From contig JBCCWS010000005.1 in NCBI GenBank assembly GCA_039193195.1, forward strand, positions 154,637 through 218,636: DNA of 64,000 nt, read 5' to 3'. Positions 27,930 through 37,167 of the stretch are shown piece after piece. Positions within the stretch are counted from its first letter, which is position 1. Each line of letters begins with the position of its first letter. The notes beneath the pieces are model-generated. The model was not told the DNA's origin and did no database searches. It saw only the letters and a list, made by a program, of their open reading frames with translations. Source of the DNA: Pseudomonadota bacterium (GTDB lineage: Bacteria; Pseudomonadota; Gammaproteobacteria; Steroidobacterales; JBCBZW01). Both the position numbers and the translations under genes were made by a program.

Positions 27930-28645
27930 GGGCAGCTGGAGGCTTGCGAGCGCTAGGCTCGACAGCGCTGATGCTGATCGCTGCGGCCCTCGTACTCGGC
28001 CTATGCGTTGCCGTTGCGCGTTACCTCGTCGTCCCCCCTGAGGAGTATTCGTTCGTTCAACAGCGCGCTATCTATGCGTTGAAGCAGCCGATTTTGATGC
28101 TTCATGTGGGCGCGGGGATCGCCGCGATGCTGCTGGGTCTGGTGCAGTTCATGGGGCACCGCTGGCCCATGACGCTGAGCCAACACCGCACACTGGGGTG
28201 CGCCTATGTGGGTGCCGTATTGCTCAGTGCCGGCGCAGGCTTGAACCTGTCGATGACCACTTTCGAAGGACCCCCCACGGGCGTCGCCTTCGCTACCCTG
28301 GCTATCCTCTGGTCGGGGAGCACGTTGATGGCCTTGGTTCATGCGCTGGCGGGCGACCGCGAGGGTCATGGTCGCTGGATCATCCGTTCCTACGCCCTAA
28401 CCTGCACGGCGCTCACAATGCGCACGCAGCTGGGGCTACTGATCTACGGCGCCGGCTTGAGCATGTCCGATGCGTACGTCATCGCCGCGTGGGGCGGTTG
28501 GGTGCTGAATCTCGTGGTGGTCGAGTGGTGGGTGTTGCGCCGGCAGCCTCAGGGCGTCACACGCTCGCCTCATTTGCAGCAACTGCGCGAAGACCGCCAG
28601 GCCGTGCACCACTCGGAGTCACTCATCGCCTATCGTACTGACTAG
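27926..28645 (+). CDS. DUF2306-family integral membrane protein
   Basis: Six hydrophobic segments. Blocks 'LMLHVGAGIAAMLLGLVQF', 'HRTLGCAYVGAVLLSAGAGL' and 'HGRWIIRSYALTCTALTMR' resemble DUF2306. Confidence 0.6.
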   Translation: MRAAGGLRALGSTALMLIAAALVLGLCVAVARYLVVPPEEYSFVQQRAIYALKQPILMLHVGAGIAAMLLGLVQFMGHRWPMTLSQHRTLGCAYVGAVLLSAGAGLNLSMTTFEGPPTGVAFATLAILWSGSTLMALVHALAGDREGHGRWIIRSYALTCTALTMRTQLGLLIYGAGLSMSDAYVIAAWGGWVLNLVVVEWWVLRRQPQGVTRSPHLQQLREDRQAVHHSESLIAYRTD

Positions 28646-28921
28646 GCTAATCGGCCCGGAGTGCGCGAAGCTCTAGTACGTGGGCGCGCGCTCCGGGGCA
28701 CCGCTCGAGCTGTCTACGCGCTCTTGAGCGCGCACGTTGGGCATCTGTGCTGGTCTCTCGCGCCTTGAAAACGAGTGGAGTCTCGATAGGTGGCCGGGCT
28801 CACTCGGCAAATCGCGGCGCTCGACTTTGTCTCTTTTCGGATGATGGTGTATTGATGTCGCCGTCAATGGCCCCATACGGAGGCTGACGCGGGCAATCCA
28901 ACTGCCACCTACGATCCAGCC

Positions 28922-29815
28922 ATGAGCACTCCCTCCAAGCACTCCCTTCGCGGCCTGCGCACCTTCTGCGCGGCCGCGCGCCACGAGAGTTTTCGTCTAG
29001 CGGCCGAAGAACTCTTCGTTACGGCATCCGCCGTGAGCCACCAAATCAAAACCTTGGAGGAAGAACTGGGTGCGCAACTGTTCGATCGCAATGCGCGCCG
29101 CCTGCGTCTGACGCCGCTGGGGCGGGCGCTTTACGAAGACGTCCACCCGCTGATCGAGCAGTTAGAGGCGGTGGTTGCCAAGCACCGCGCCACGCCCGCG
29201 AACAGTACGGTTCGGATCTCCGTGCAGCCGTTTTTCGCCAGTGAGCTGTTCGCGCCACGCCTGCCCGAGTTCACGACGGCCAACCCACACATCGATATCG
29301 AGGTGGGCACCAGTGATGAGTCCTCGGAGAAGCACCCGTCCGATGTAGACCTGTCGATCCGCCTATTCCGCTCGCCACCGGCCAATCTGCCGTACAACTT
29401 ACTCCTGCCCTTGCGGGTGGTGGTGGCGGGTTCGCCAGACTTCGCCAAGGGCGTGCGCGTCAAAGGCGCCAAGGTAGTCAGCGAATTCCCGATGATCGTG
29501 CACAACACGAATGCGGATGGCTGGCAGCGGTGGTCCGCAGCGTCAGGAATCGAGTTGCCGAGGGGGAGCAAAACCATCCGCTTCGACTCGATGATCGCAG
29601 CGGTGCGGGCGGCCGAGCAGGGGGTCGGTGCTGCCCTCGTGCCCGTGCCTCTGGCCGATCTGTGGTTTCACCAGGGCAGCATTGTTCGCCTTTTTGATCA
29701 GGAGCTTGTGACAGATGCGAGCTACTATCTCGTATACCGCGTTGACCGCTTGGAGGATGATGAGGTGCGTCGCCTGCGGGACTGGATCTTGGCCACCTTC
29801 TGCTCTGACAGCTGA
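28922..29815 (+). CDS. LysR-family transcriptional regulator (GcvA-like)
   Basis: 'LRGLRTFCAAARHESFRLAAEELFVTASAVSHQIKTLEEELGAQLFDR' wHTH. 297 aa. Confidence 0.85.
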   Translation: MSTPSKHSLRGLRTFCAAARHESFRLAAEELFVTASAVSHQIKTLEEELGAQLFDRNARRLRLTPLGRALYEDVHPLIEQLEAVVAKHRATPANSTVRISVQPFFASELFAPRLPEFTTANPHIDIEVGTSDESSEKHPSDVDLSIRLFRSPPANLPYNLLLPLRVVVAGSPDFAKGVRVKGAKVVSEFPMIVHNTNADGWQRWSAASGIELPRGSKTIRFDSMIAAVRAAEQGVGAALVPVPLADLWFHQGSIVRLFDQELVTDASYYLVYRVDRLEDDEVRRLRDWILATFCSDS

Positions 29816-29948
29816 ATTTTTCTCATCTATCGGGTGAGTTTTTCCCGCTTTTCTCCGCCAGGGGTATCCGCATATTGTGCATGTGCACATCGAAGCCAGC
29901 CTCGCTGGAAGCGACGTGCCCTAACTTCGCTTTTGAGGAGCGACAACC

Positions 29949-30176
29949 ATGCACAAGACAATTGAACGCAACCCCTCCACCTTCGCTGCCCTGGGTCAGC
30001 GCGCCGCCGCTGGCGCGATCGGCGTCGTGCAGGTGCCGCTGGCTGGCGGTGATGAGCTCAACCGTGCGATCGCCGAGCGACTGCTACGCAGGCGACAAAA
30101 GTCCCATCGCAAGGCGCACCCGGACGCCGCCACGCCCTACGTGCCCGCCCGCCCAGCGCACGCTGGCGAAGGTTGA
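29949..30176 (+). CDS. Small hypothetical protein
   Basis: 75-aa ORF with a good RBS (GAGGAG 8 nt upstream of the ATG). No recognisable domain. Confidence 0.35.
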   Translation: MHKTIERNPSTFAALGQRAAAGAIGVVQVPLAGGDELNRAIAERLLRRRQKSHRKAHPDAATPYVPARPAHAGEG

Positions 30177-30506
30177 TCCGCCCGCGAGTCGCGCGTCCCG
30201 CGACTCGCCCGTTCACAAGTGCCGCCGTCCCAAACCCCCCCCTCCTCCGGGGCGGTGGCGCTTGCCCTCCCTCCCTCGACTGCCCGCCCTAAGCGCCAAA
30301 TCCGCGTAACGCTCTGGCGCGCGGCGGCAACCGCAGAGGGCGCAGCTCTGTAAGCACTGAAAGAAGGTGCCGAGCGCGGTGGCCCTGTCGCTGATGGGCG
30401 ACCTAGGCCGCAAGGTTTAGAGAGCTCCGGCGCCAGGTGCTGGTGAATACGCACGGGCGCCCCCATTACAGTGCTAGCGGTCGTAGCGGAGTGAGGTGAC
30501 GGAGCG

Positions 30507-31247
30507 ATGGAGATTGAGGGAGTGGGCGCGCGCGCGAGACTCGGCGCCTGGCGCCTTAGGGCTTTGCTGACGGTCGGTGCATTCGTCTTGCTGAGCGGCT
30601 GCGCGAGCGTAGGCGGCACCGGCGAGCCGTCGCAAGACCCTCTGGAGGGCATCAACCGAAAGGTTCTGGCCTTCAACGACGGCGCAGATCGTGCGCTGCT
30701 CAAGCCCCTTGCGCGCGGCTATCAGTTCATCACGCCGAATCCGCTCGAGACTGGTGTGTCGAATTTCTTCCTGAACCTGCGTACGCCGTGGACAGCGGTC
30801 AACCAGCTGCTTCAGGGCAAACCAAAGCTGGCCTTGGCAGATACGGGGCGGTTTTTGCTGAACTCGACGGCCGGCATCGGTGGACTATTCGACGTCGCCA
30901 CCGACTCGGGCTTAGAGGCGCACCGGGAGGATTTCGGGCAAACCCTTGCCGTTTGGGGCGTGCCGTCCGGAAACTACGCGGTGGTGCCGTTCGCCGGGCC
31001 CTCTACCCTGCGAGATGGGCTCGCCGGCATCGTCGATACGCTGCTTTACCCGGTGAGGTTCATCGAGGACGATACGGTTCGCTGGTCCCTGCTCGCCACC
31101 GATGTCGTGCAAACGCGAGCGAAATTCCTGAGCGCGGAGGCTCTCCTGCGTGGTGATCGATACCTGTTCGTGCGCGATGCCTACCTGCAGCGTCGCGAGT
31201 ACCTGATCAATGATGGCGAGATTGAAGAGGACCCTTTCCTTGACTGA
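30507..31247 (+). CDS. mlaA: MlaA/VacJ-family outer-membrane lipoprotein
   Basis: Lipobox 'FVLLSGC|AS'. VacJ blocks 'DPLEGINRKVLAFNDGADRALLKPLARGY', 'VSNFFLNLRTPWTAVNQLLQGK', 'NSTAGIGGLFDVA', 'GQTLAVWGVPSGNYAVVPFAGPSTLRD'. Confidence 0.85.
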   Translation: MEIEGVGARARLGAWRLRALLTVGAFVLLSGCASVGGTGEPSQDPLEGINRKVLAFNDGADRALLKPLARGYQFITPNPLETGVSNFFLNLRTPWTAVNQLLQGKPKLALADTGRFLLNSTAGIGGLFDVATDSGLEAHREDFGQTLAVWGVPSGNYAVVPFAGPSTLRDGLAGIVDTLLYPVRFIEDDTVRWSLLATDVVQTRAKFLSAEALLRGDRYLFVRDAYLQRREYLINDGEIEEDPFLD

Positions 31248-33723
31248 GTCCGCGATCCACGCGGGCCTCGCGGCCCTGTGGCGTCGCACGGTGAAGGGGT
31301 GTTACCGCGGGTGCCTGCGCAACGCGCGATTGATTCAGCTAGCGATTTTGCTGGCCTGTGTGGCGGCCCTCGCCTTCGTGGGTCGCTTCAGCTTTGACGC
31401 GTCTTCGGACACCTTGGTGGCCCAGGGTGACCCGGAACTCGCCTATTTTCAGCAGCTCGTGGAGCGCTTCGGCCAGCGCGAAGCCTTGTACCTCACCTAC
31501 ACGCCGCACGAGGGAGAACTCTTCTCTGAACAGCACGTATCGGTGCTGAAGCGGATGCAGGATGAGCTGGCGGGGGTGGCCGGCGTGCTCCAGGTAACCT
31601 CATTTCTGGACGTGCCGCTCTTGCGCAGTCCGCCCGTGGCGCTGTCAGAACTCGCCGAGGGCTACGGCACGATTCGCGAAGGTGCGGATCTCGGCCTCGC
31701 TCGCGACGAGCTCACGGGCAGCCCGCTGTTCCGCGATCTTCTGGTGTCCGCAGACGGCACCACCACGGCCCTGCAGGTGGAGCTCGAAGACAACGTGCCC
31801 CTGCGCGAGGCCAAACGCGAGCTCGATGCGCTGCGTGAGGCCGAGGGTGGCGGCGTGGACATGATCGAGGAAGCGGTGGCCGCCGATCGCTACCGGGAGC
31901 TGAAGACAGCCCATCAGGTGGCGCGCGCCAAGCTGATCGCCAACGTCCGCACGATCCGCGCCGCCTACGAAGACTCTGGCCGCCTGTATCTGGGTGGCGT
32001 GCCCATGGTAAGCGCGGACATCATCGACTTCGTTCGCCGCGACATGCGACTGCTGAGCGGCGCGGTGGTGATGCTGATGGCAGGGGCGCTGTACGCCTTC
32101 TTCGGGCGGTGGCGCTGGGTGCTGATCCCCCTCGGCACGGTGTCGGTGACCGTGCTGATCATGCTCGGGCTGCTGGGCTTGCTGGGTCAGCCAGCCACGG
32201 CGGTGTCCTCCAACTTCATTCCCCTGCTCGCCATCACGACGATTTCCTTCACCATCCACCTGATCGCGCGCTATCGCGAGCTGTGCATCGTCGGCTTCTC
32301 GAATGACCACATTGCCCTGGTGTACGAGACCATGCGCTCGAAGCTCGCCCCGTGCCTGTACACCGCCTTGACCACAGCGGTGGCCTTCGCCTCACTGATG
32401 GTGAGCGACATCCGCCCGGTGGCCGAGTTCGGCTTCATCATGGTGCTCGGGATCGCCGTGGGGCTGGTGGTGACCTACAGCTTCTTCGCGGGAATCTTGG
32501 TGATGATCCCGTACGGCAAGAAGCCCAAGCCGCAGGCGCAGGCCGCGCTGCTAACGGGAGCGTTCTCCAAGATTGCAACGGCGCGGCCTGCGGCTATCCT
32601 GGTCTTGTCCGTAGCGTTGGCCGCCGCGGGGTGGGCTGGAATTTCGCAGCTGAGCGTCAGCAATCGCTTTGTGGACTACTTCCGCAGCGGCAGTGAAATC
32701 CGCGACGGCATGGTGTTCATCGATGAGAATCTCGGCGGCACCATCCCCTTCGAGGTGGTTCTCGAGTTGCCGCCCTGGCAGCCCGAGGAGACGGACGAGG
32801 ACGACGACTTCGCCGCCTTCGAAGACGAAGAGCCGGACGCTTTCCCCGAGCGCTACTGGTTTACGCCGGCGCGCGTTGCGCTGCTCGATCGCCTGGAGAC
32901 CTATCTCGGCGAGCGAGCCGAGGTCGGCAAGGTCATCTCGATCTCCACCCTCGAGCACATCGCCCGCGCCTTCAATGACAACCAACCGCTCGATTACCTG
33001 CAGATCACGGCAGTGCTCGCCCTCATGCCCGAGGAGATCAAGGCCTCGCTGATCCGCCCGTACGCCTCGCCCACCACCGGCGAGCTGCGCCTGTCGGCGA
33101 GGATCCACGAGACAGGGCCGAAGTTCTCTCAGGAAGAGCTGTTTGCGGATATCGAGAGCTTCGCCGTGCAGGAGCTCGGCCTGGAGCGTGAGCAGGTGCA
33201 CGTGACGGGCATGGCCGTGCTCTTCAACGACATGCTCAAGCGCCTATTCAGCTCGCAGCAGTCGACGCTATTCGCTGTGCTTGCCGCGATCCTGCTGACC
33301 TTCGCCGTGCTCCTGCGCTCGGTACGGCTAGCGATACTCGGGATTCTGCCGACGGCGTTAGCTGCGGAGAGCGTGCTGGCTGTGATGGGCTTGGTTGGCA
33401 TTCCGCTCGACATCATGACGATCACCACGGCGGCGATCATCGTCGGCATCGGCGTGGACGACGCCATTCACTACCTACATCGGTTTCGAGAGGAACGTGC
33501 CCTGGGGCACGATACGTTGACCGCCGTGCGCAACAGCCACGCGAGCATCGGCAATGCGCTCTACTTCACTTCGATCACCGTGGTCGTGGGCTTCTCCGTT
33601 CTCGCCCTGTCGAGCTTTGTACCCACTATCTACTTCGGCGTGCTAACGGCCCTCGCCATGGTGCTCGCGCTAGTGGCCAACCTGGTGGTGCTGCCGGCGC
33701 TACTTATCAAGTTCTATCGTTAA
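31210..33723 (+). CDS. RND-superfamily MMPL/HpnN-like transporter (12 TM, two periplasmic loops)
   Basis: 837-aa ORF with two 6-TM bundles, each after a large soluble loop. SSD/MMPL-like blocks 'IPLLAITTISFTIHLIARYRE' and 'IIVGIGVDDAIHYLHRFREE'. The start is uncertain: ATG 31210 overlaps mlaA by 38 nt, and an in-frame TTG near 31240 is an alternative. Confidence 0.8.
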   Translation: MMARLKRTLSLTESAIHAGLAALWRRTVKGCYRGCLRNARLIQLAILLACVAALAFVGRFSFDASSDTLVAQGDPELAYFQQLVERFGQREALYLTYTPHEGELFSEQHVSVLKRMQDELAGVAGVLQVTSFLDVPLLRSPPVALSELAEGYGTIREGADLGLARDELTGSPLFRDLLVSADGTTTALQVELEDNVPLREAKRELDALREAEGGGVDMIEEAVAADRYRELKTAHQVARAKLIANVRTIRAAYEDSGRLYLGGVPMVSADIIDFVRRDMRLLSGAVVMLMAGALYAFFGRWRWVLIPLGTVSVTVLIMLGLLGLLGQPATAVSSNFIPLLAITTISFTIHLIARYRELCIVGFSNDHIALVYETMRSKLAPCLYTALTTAVAFASLMVSDIRPVAEFGFIMVLGIAVGLVVTYSFFAGILVMIPYGKKPKPQAQAALLTGAFSKIATARPAAILVLSVALAAAGWAGISQLSVSNRFVDYFRSGSEIRDGMVFIDENLGGTIPFEVVLELPPWQPEETDEDDDFAAFEDEEPDAFPERYWFTPARVALLDRLETYLGERAEVGKVISISTLEHIARAFNDNQPLDYLQITAVLALMPEEIKASLIRPYASPTTGELRLSARIHETGPKFSQEELFADIESFAVQELGLEREQVHVTGMAVLFNDMLKRLFSSQQSTLFAVLAAILLTFAVLLRSVRLAILGILPTALAAESVLAVMGLVGIPLDIMTITTAAIIVGIGVDDAIHYLHRFREERALGHDTLTAVRNSHASIGNALYFTSITVVVGFSVLALSSFVPTIYFGVLTALAMVLALVANLVVLPALLIKFYR

Positions 33724-33741
33724 TCGCTTGCACATGAGGAT

Positions 33742-34401
33742 GTGATGATGCAAACGAATATTCCTGCGCACAGCACTGGTTGGCTCGCGGCGCTGTGGTG
33801 CCTCGGCGCGCTGACCGGGCTGTCGCTGGCGGCAGTGGCCGGCCCCGCGGACGACACGGTGCGCGAGGCGACTGACCTGGTCGTGAGCGCGCTGGATGAG
33901 CAGCGCGCGACGTACGCGGAAGATCCTGCGCCGCTGCATGATCGAATGACCGAGATCCTGGAGCAGTACGTGGCCTTCGATCGCATCGTTAGCGGAGTGG
34001 TGGGCAAGCACAAAGCCGCCCTCAACGACGACCAGCGCGCGCGCTTCCGGAGTGTCTTCGTGGCTTCCTTGGTCGATCTCTACGCAGACTCGCTCATATC
34101 TCTCCAGGCGAAGACCATAGAGGTGCGAGAAGCGAAGATTCGCAAGAAGGGGCGGGCCCAGGTGAGCATGGACGTCACCACCACGAACGGTAGTGACTTC
34201 ACCCTCGAGTACTCCATGGGACAGGAGGATGATGGCCGCTGGTTGATCCGCAACATGATCGTGGGCGGTATCAACCTGGGGCTCACCTTTCGCAACCAGT
34301 TCGACGCGATGATCGGCGAGCAGGCAGGCGATGTAGAGGCGGTGCTCGTGCGCTGGCGTGAGACCACGACCGAGGATAACGCCAACGCCTCGACTCGCTG
34401 A
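33742..34401 (+). CDS. MlaC/Ttg2D-like periplasmic lipid-binding protein
   Basis: Signal peptide 'LAALWCLGALTGLSLAAVAG'. Tol_Tol_Ttg2-type blocks 'ILEQYVAFDRIVSGVVGKH...LNDDQRARFRSVFVASLVDLYADSL' and 'GRWLIRNMIVGGINLGLTFRNQFDAMI'. Confidence 0.8.
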   Translation: MMMQTNIPAHSTGWLAALWCLGALTGLSLAAVAGPADDTVREATDLVVSALDEQRATYAEDPAPLHDRMTEILEQYVAFDRIVSGVVGKHKAALNDDQRARFRSVFVASLVDLYADSLISLQAKTIEVREAKIRKKGRAQVSMDVTTTNGSDFTLEYSMGQEDDGRWLIRNMIVGGINLGLTFRNQFDAMIGEQAGDVEAVLVRWRETTTEDNANASTR

Positions 34402-34814
34402 GGCGTGCCCTCTCGCGTGCCGGTTGTTGATCGTCGACGCGCGCGAAACCTTCGAAGCGCTGGCATCGTGCCGGCGCGGCACGGCACGATTCCAATCAGC
34501 TAGGCGGTAGCGACCGCTTCGACAGCTAACCACTAGGTGCTGCCACCCACCTGCCCGTGCTCAATACGACCTTCGCGGGAGCGTAGAACGATGCGCTCAG
34601 CACCACGCAACAACCCTTAGGACACCGCCAGCCCTTACGCGACGCCAACGCTGACGCCGCGATGCAGAACGGTTCTAGCAGTTGTTGATCTGGGATCTGG
34701 TCACCTTGACTTCGCAGTGGTGCTCGCCTCATAACTGGAGCGGGTGGCTGCGGCGGGTCGCAAGGGAAGCGGAAACCGTCGTCGGAGTTCGTCCGTAGCG
34801 AAAGGGGAATAGCG

Positions 34815-35264
34815 ATGGAGATAACGCGAGTCATTCTGACGGTGGTGTGTTTGTTGTTCGTGCCCTCGGCCGGCTTTGCCGAGTGCGAGCGCCAGGGAGG
34901 CTGTGCGGATGTCGCAGAGATGTCGGCGGTGGCGTCAGACGTCGCGGAAGAAGCGAAGCCCGCGAAATCGGGGTATACGTGGGAGGAGTTGGTAGAGGCG
35001 ATTCCTCAGCTGAAGGAGTACGAGTTGGGGTTTCAGCGCTCCGATCGAAAGGGCGCTTCCAAAGACGAGGGCACCTACATGGTGTGCCAAAAAGTTAAGG
35101 GCCCTGATAGCCGTATCAAACGTCGTGCGTGCATGCCGCTGAATGAGTACTTGGCGTACGTGACACGAGAGCGAACAGCTGCAGAGCAAGCCCGTTTGGA
35201 GTTTCTGTCGCGGCCAAGCCAGCGGCCGGTGACTCGGCTTCAGTCGCGTTGTCCTGGCTGCTGA
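34815..35264 (+). CDS. Hypothetical secreted protein
   Basis: Signal peptide 'MEITRVILTVVCLLFVPSAGFA'. 149 aa, 6 Cys. No family recognised. Confidence 0.45.
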   Translation: MEITRVILTVVCLLFVPSAGFAECERQGGCADVAEMSAVASDVAEEAKPAKSGYTWEELVEAIPQLKEYELGFQRSDRKGASKDEGTYMVCQKVKGPDSRIKRRACMPLNEYLAYVTRERTAAEQARLEFLSRPSQRPVTRLQSRCPGC

Positions 35265-35272
35265 GTGCGCCG

Positions 35273-35578
35273 CTACAGGGCGCTGAGCACCCAATAGGTC
35301 GCCATGGCGGCGACTAGCGTAACCACGTGGCTACGCGTGAAAGACGCTACGGCGACGGTGGTGGCTAACCCCACGAGGGCCGGCCACCCAACGATTTGGG
35401 CTTCGCCATCTCTCACCAGCATCGATACGACCAGCGCGGCCATCACCGCCGGGGCCACATAGCCTAGCACTCGCTGCGCTAGGGCGGGGAATTCGCGTTC
35501 GGCTAGCAGCAGGATGAAAAGTGCGCGCATCAGGTAGGTGCCCGCACCTGTCACCACGATGGCCACTACAATGCTCAC
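35273..35578 (-). CDS. azlD: Branched-chain amino acid export accessory protein AzlD
   Basis: 101 aa, hydrophobic, 'GTYLMRALFILLL'. There is a 4-nt ATGA overlap with the upstream azlC. Confidence 0.8.
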   Translation of the reverse strand: MSIVVAIVVTGAGTYLMRALFILLLAEREFPALAQRVLGYVAPAVMAALVVSMLVRDGEAQIVGWPALVGLATTVAVASFTRSHVVTLVAAMATYWVLSAL

Positions 35579-36279
35579 CGTGGGCCCTGCCGCCGCAGCT
35601 CCAGAGCGATGCCAAGCGCAATTCCTACCGCTGCCCCTACCAGTAGGCCCACTCGATTGGGAAATCCGCTAGCGAGCAGCGCGCAAAGGGCGGCGACCAA
35701 TGCGACTACCGCCTTTTCCCAACGATCAATAGCCATCACCAGCAGCGCGGTGAATAGAACCGGTGCGGCGAAAGCAAGATCAACGGTCTTCGGTAGCAGA
35801 GGGCCCACGTAGATTCCGACGGCGGTCGATAGCATCCACAAGGTCCAGAAGCTGAAGCCGTTCGCTAGGTAGTAGGCACGGAAGGTCGCCGGGTCTTCAT
35901 CATCATCTCGCACGGTGCTGAGGGCGAAAACCTGGTCGACTAGCACGTAGGGCCCGATCCAGCGAAACCAACGAGGTTGGCCGTGGAAGCGCGGCGCGAG
36001 CGCCACCGAGTAGAGCAGATGCCTCGCGCCGACGATCAGCGCAGCTGTCACCGCGGCCGCCAGCGACGCGCCCTCGCCGAGCAGGCTCAGGAGCGTCAGC
36101 TGGGCCGCGCCCCCGAAGATGATCGGCGAGGTCGACCAGCCCAGCCAGTGCCCGACCCCGGATTCCACCACGACCACGCCGAAGACGAAGGCGAAGGGCA
36201 GCACGGGGGCGAATAGCGCAATGCAGTCGCGGATGCCGTCACGAATCGGGTGCCGAGACGCACCGGTGGCCTTAGACAC
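35575..36279 (-). CDS. azlC: AzlC-family branched-chain amino acid permease subunit
   Basis: 234 aa, polytopic. 'PIIFGGAAQLTLLSLL', 'ARHLLYSVALAP', 'YLANGFSFWTLW'. Paired with azlD. Confidence 0.85.
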   Translation of the reverse strand: MSKATGASRHPIRDGIRDCIALFAPVLPFAFVFGVVVVESGVGHWLGWSTSPIIFGGAAQLTLLSLLGEGASLAAAVTAALIVGARHLLYSVALAPRFHGQPRWFRWIGPYVLVDQVFALSTVRDDDEDPATFRAYYLANGFSFWTLWMLSTAVGIYVGPLLPKTVDLAFAAPVLFTALLVMAIDRWEKAVVALVAALCALLASGFPNRVGLLVGAAVGIALGIALELRRQGPR

Positions 36280-36296
36280 GACGCGTCGCTGCCGGG

Positions 36297-36959
36297 CTAA
36301 TCGCGGAAGACGACGCTGTTGGTGAGGGGCTCGCGATCGGTGCGCGCACGATTGGCCAGGGCCTCCTCATCCGCGTAGCCGAAGGACATGCCGAACAGCA
36401 CGCCGCGCCCTTGCGGCAGGGCGAACATCGCACGGATCGGATCCGGGAACTGGCCGAGGGCACCCTGCATGCAGGTGGCGAGACCGCGCTCGTGCATGAG
36501 CAGGCTCAGCGTTTGCGCATAGATGCCCACATCGACGGCGCCCATGATGTCGAGGTAGGTGTCCATGGTGAAGATCGCCACGTGGGGCGCGTCGAAGAAC
36601 TGCCAGTTGCGCAGCATCGCCTGCTGGCGGGCGGGCTTATCCTGGCGGTCGATGCCGAGCGCGCCGTAGAGGGCATTGGCAGCGCCGAACTGCCGCTCGC
36701 GGTGTTCGTTCTCGTAGGCCACGGCCCAGTTGAAATCGGGGTTTGGCGTTTGCCGGGTCATCACCTCTTTGACTAGCGCGGACTTGAGCTGCGCGGTGGC
36801 CTCGCCGGATGCCACTAGCACCTGCCAGGGCTGGACGTTGCAGTTCGAGGGGCTGCGCTGAGCGTCGCTGAAGATCTGCCTCAGCAGTTCGGGCGCGACG
36901 GGCGCCGGGCGAAAGCCACGGCATGAGTAGCGCGAGGCGAGGATCTCGGGAAGGGTCAT
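36297..36959 (-). CDS. Nitroreductase-family FMN oxidoreductase
   Basis: 'ILASRYSCRGFRPAPVAPELLRQIFSDAQRSPSNCNVQPW'. 220 aa. Confidence 0.85.
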   Translation of the reverse strand: MTLPEILASRYSCRGFRPAPVAPELLRQIFSDAQRSPSNCNVQPWQVLVASGEATAQLKSALVKEVMTRQTPNPDFNWAVAYENEHRERQFGAANALYGALGIDRQDKPARQQAMLRNWQFFDAPHVAIFTMDTYLDIMGAVDVGIYAQTLSLLMHERGLATCMQGALGQFPDPIRAMFALPQGRGVLFGMSFGYADEEALANRARTDREPLTNSVVFRD

Positions 36960-37167
36960 GGCAATCGGCGGTCATGGTGGGCGGTGAAGAAGCGCATCCT
37001 GCGGCAACGAGTGGCGCAAGTCATCCCTCGCCGGCGCAGACATCGTGACCTGCGGCGTCCTCGCTTGCCGACACCCCTTGCTATGATCGGCTGCCTCGCG
37101 CGTGCGGCACCGTGTGTCGGGTCGCGGCGCAAACCCTCAAGACCAATCCGTCGGACGCCACCTTCCC

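Noticed and set aside
30213-30260. C-rich tract 'cccaaacccccccctcctcc' flanked by imperfectly complementary GC segments, considered as a terminator or structured RNA.
   Set aside because: The stem is imperfect (about 9 of 11 by eye), there is no U-tract and no adjacent gene end. It is insufficient to call.
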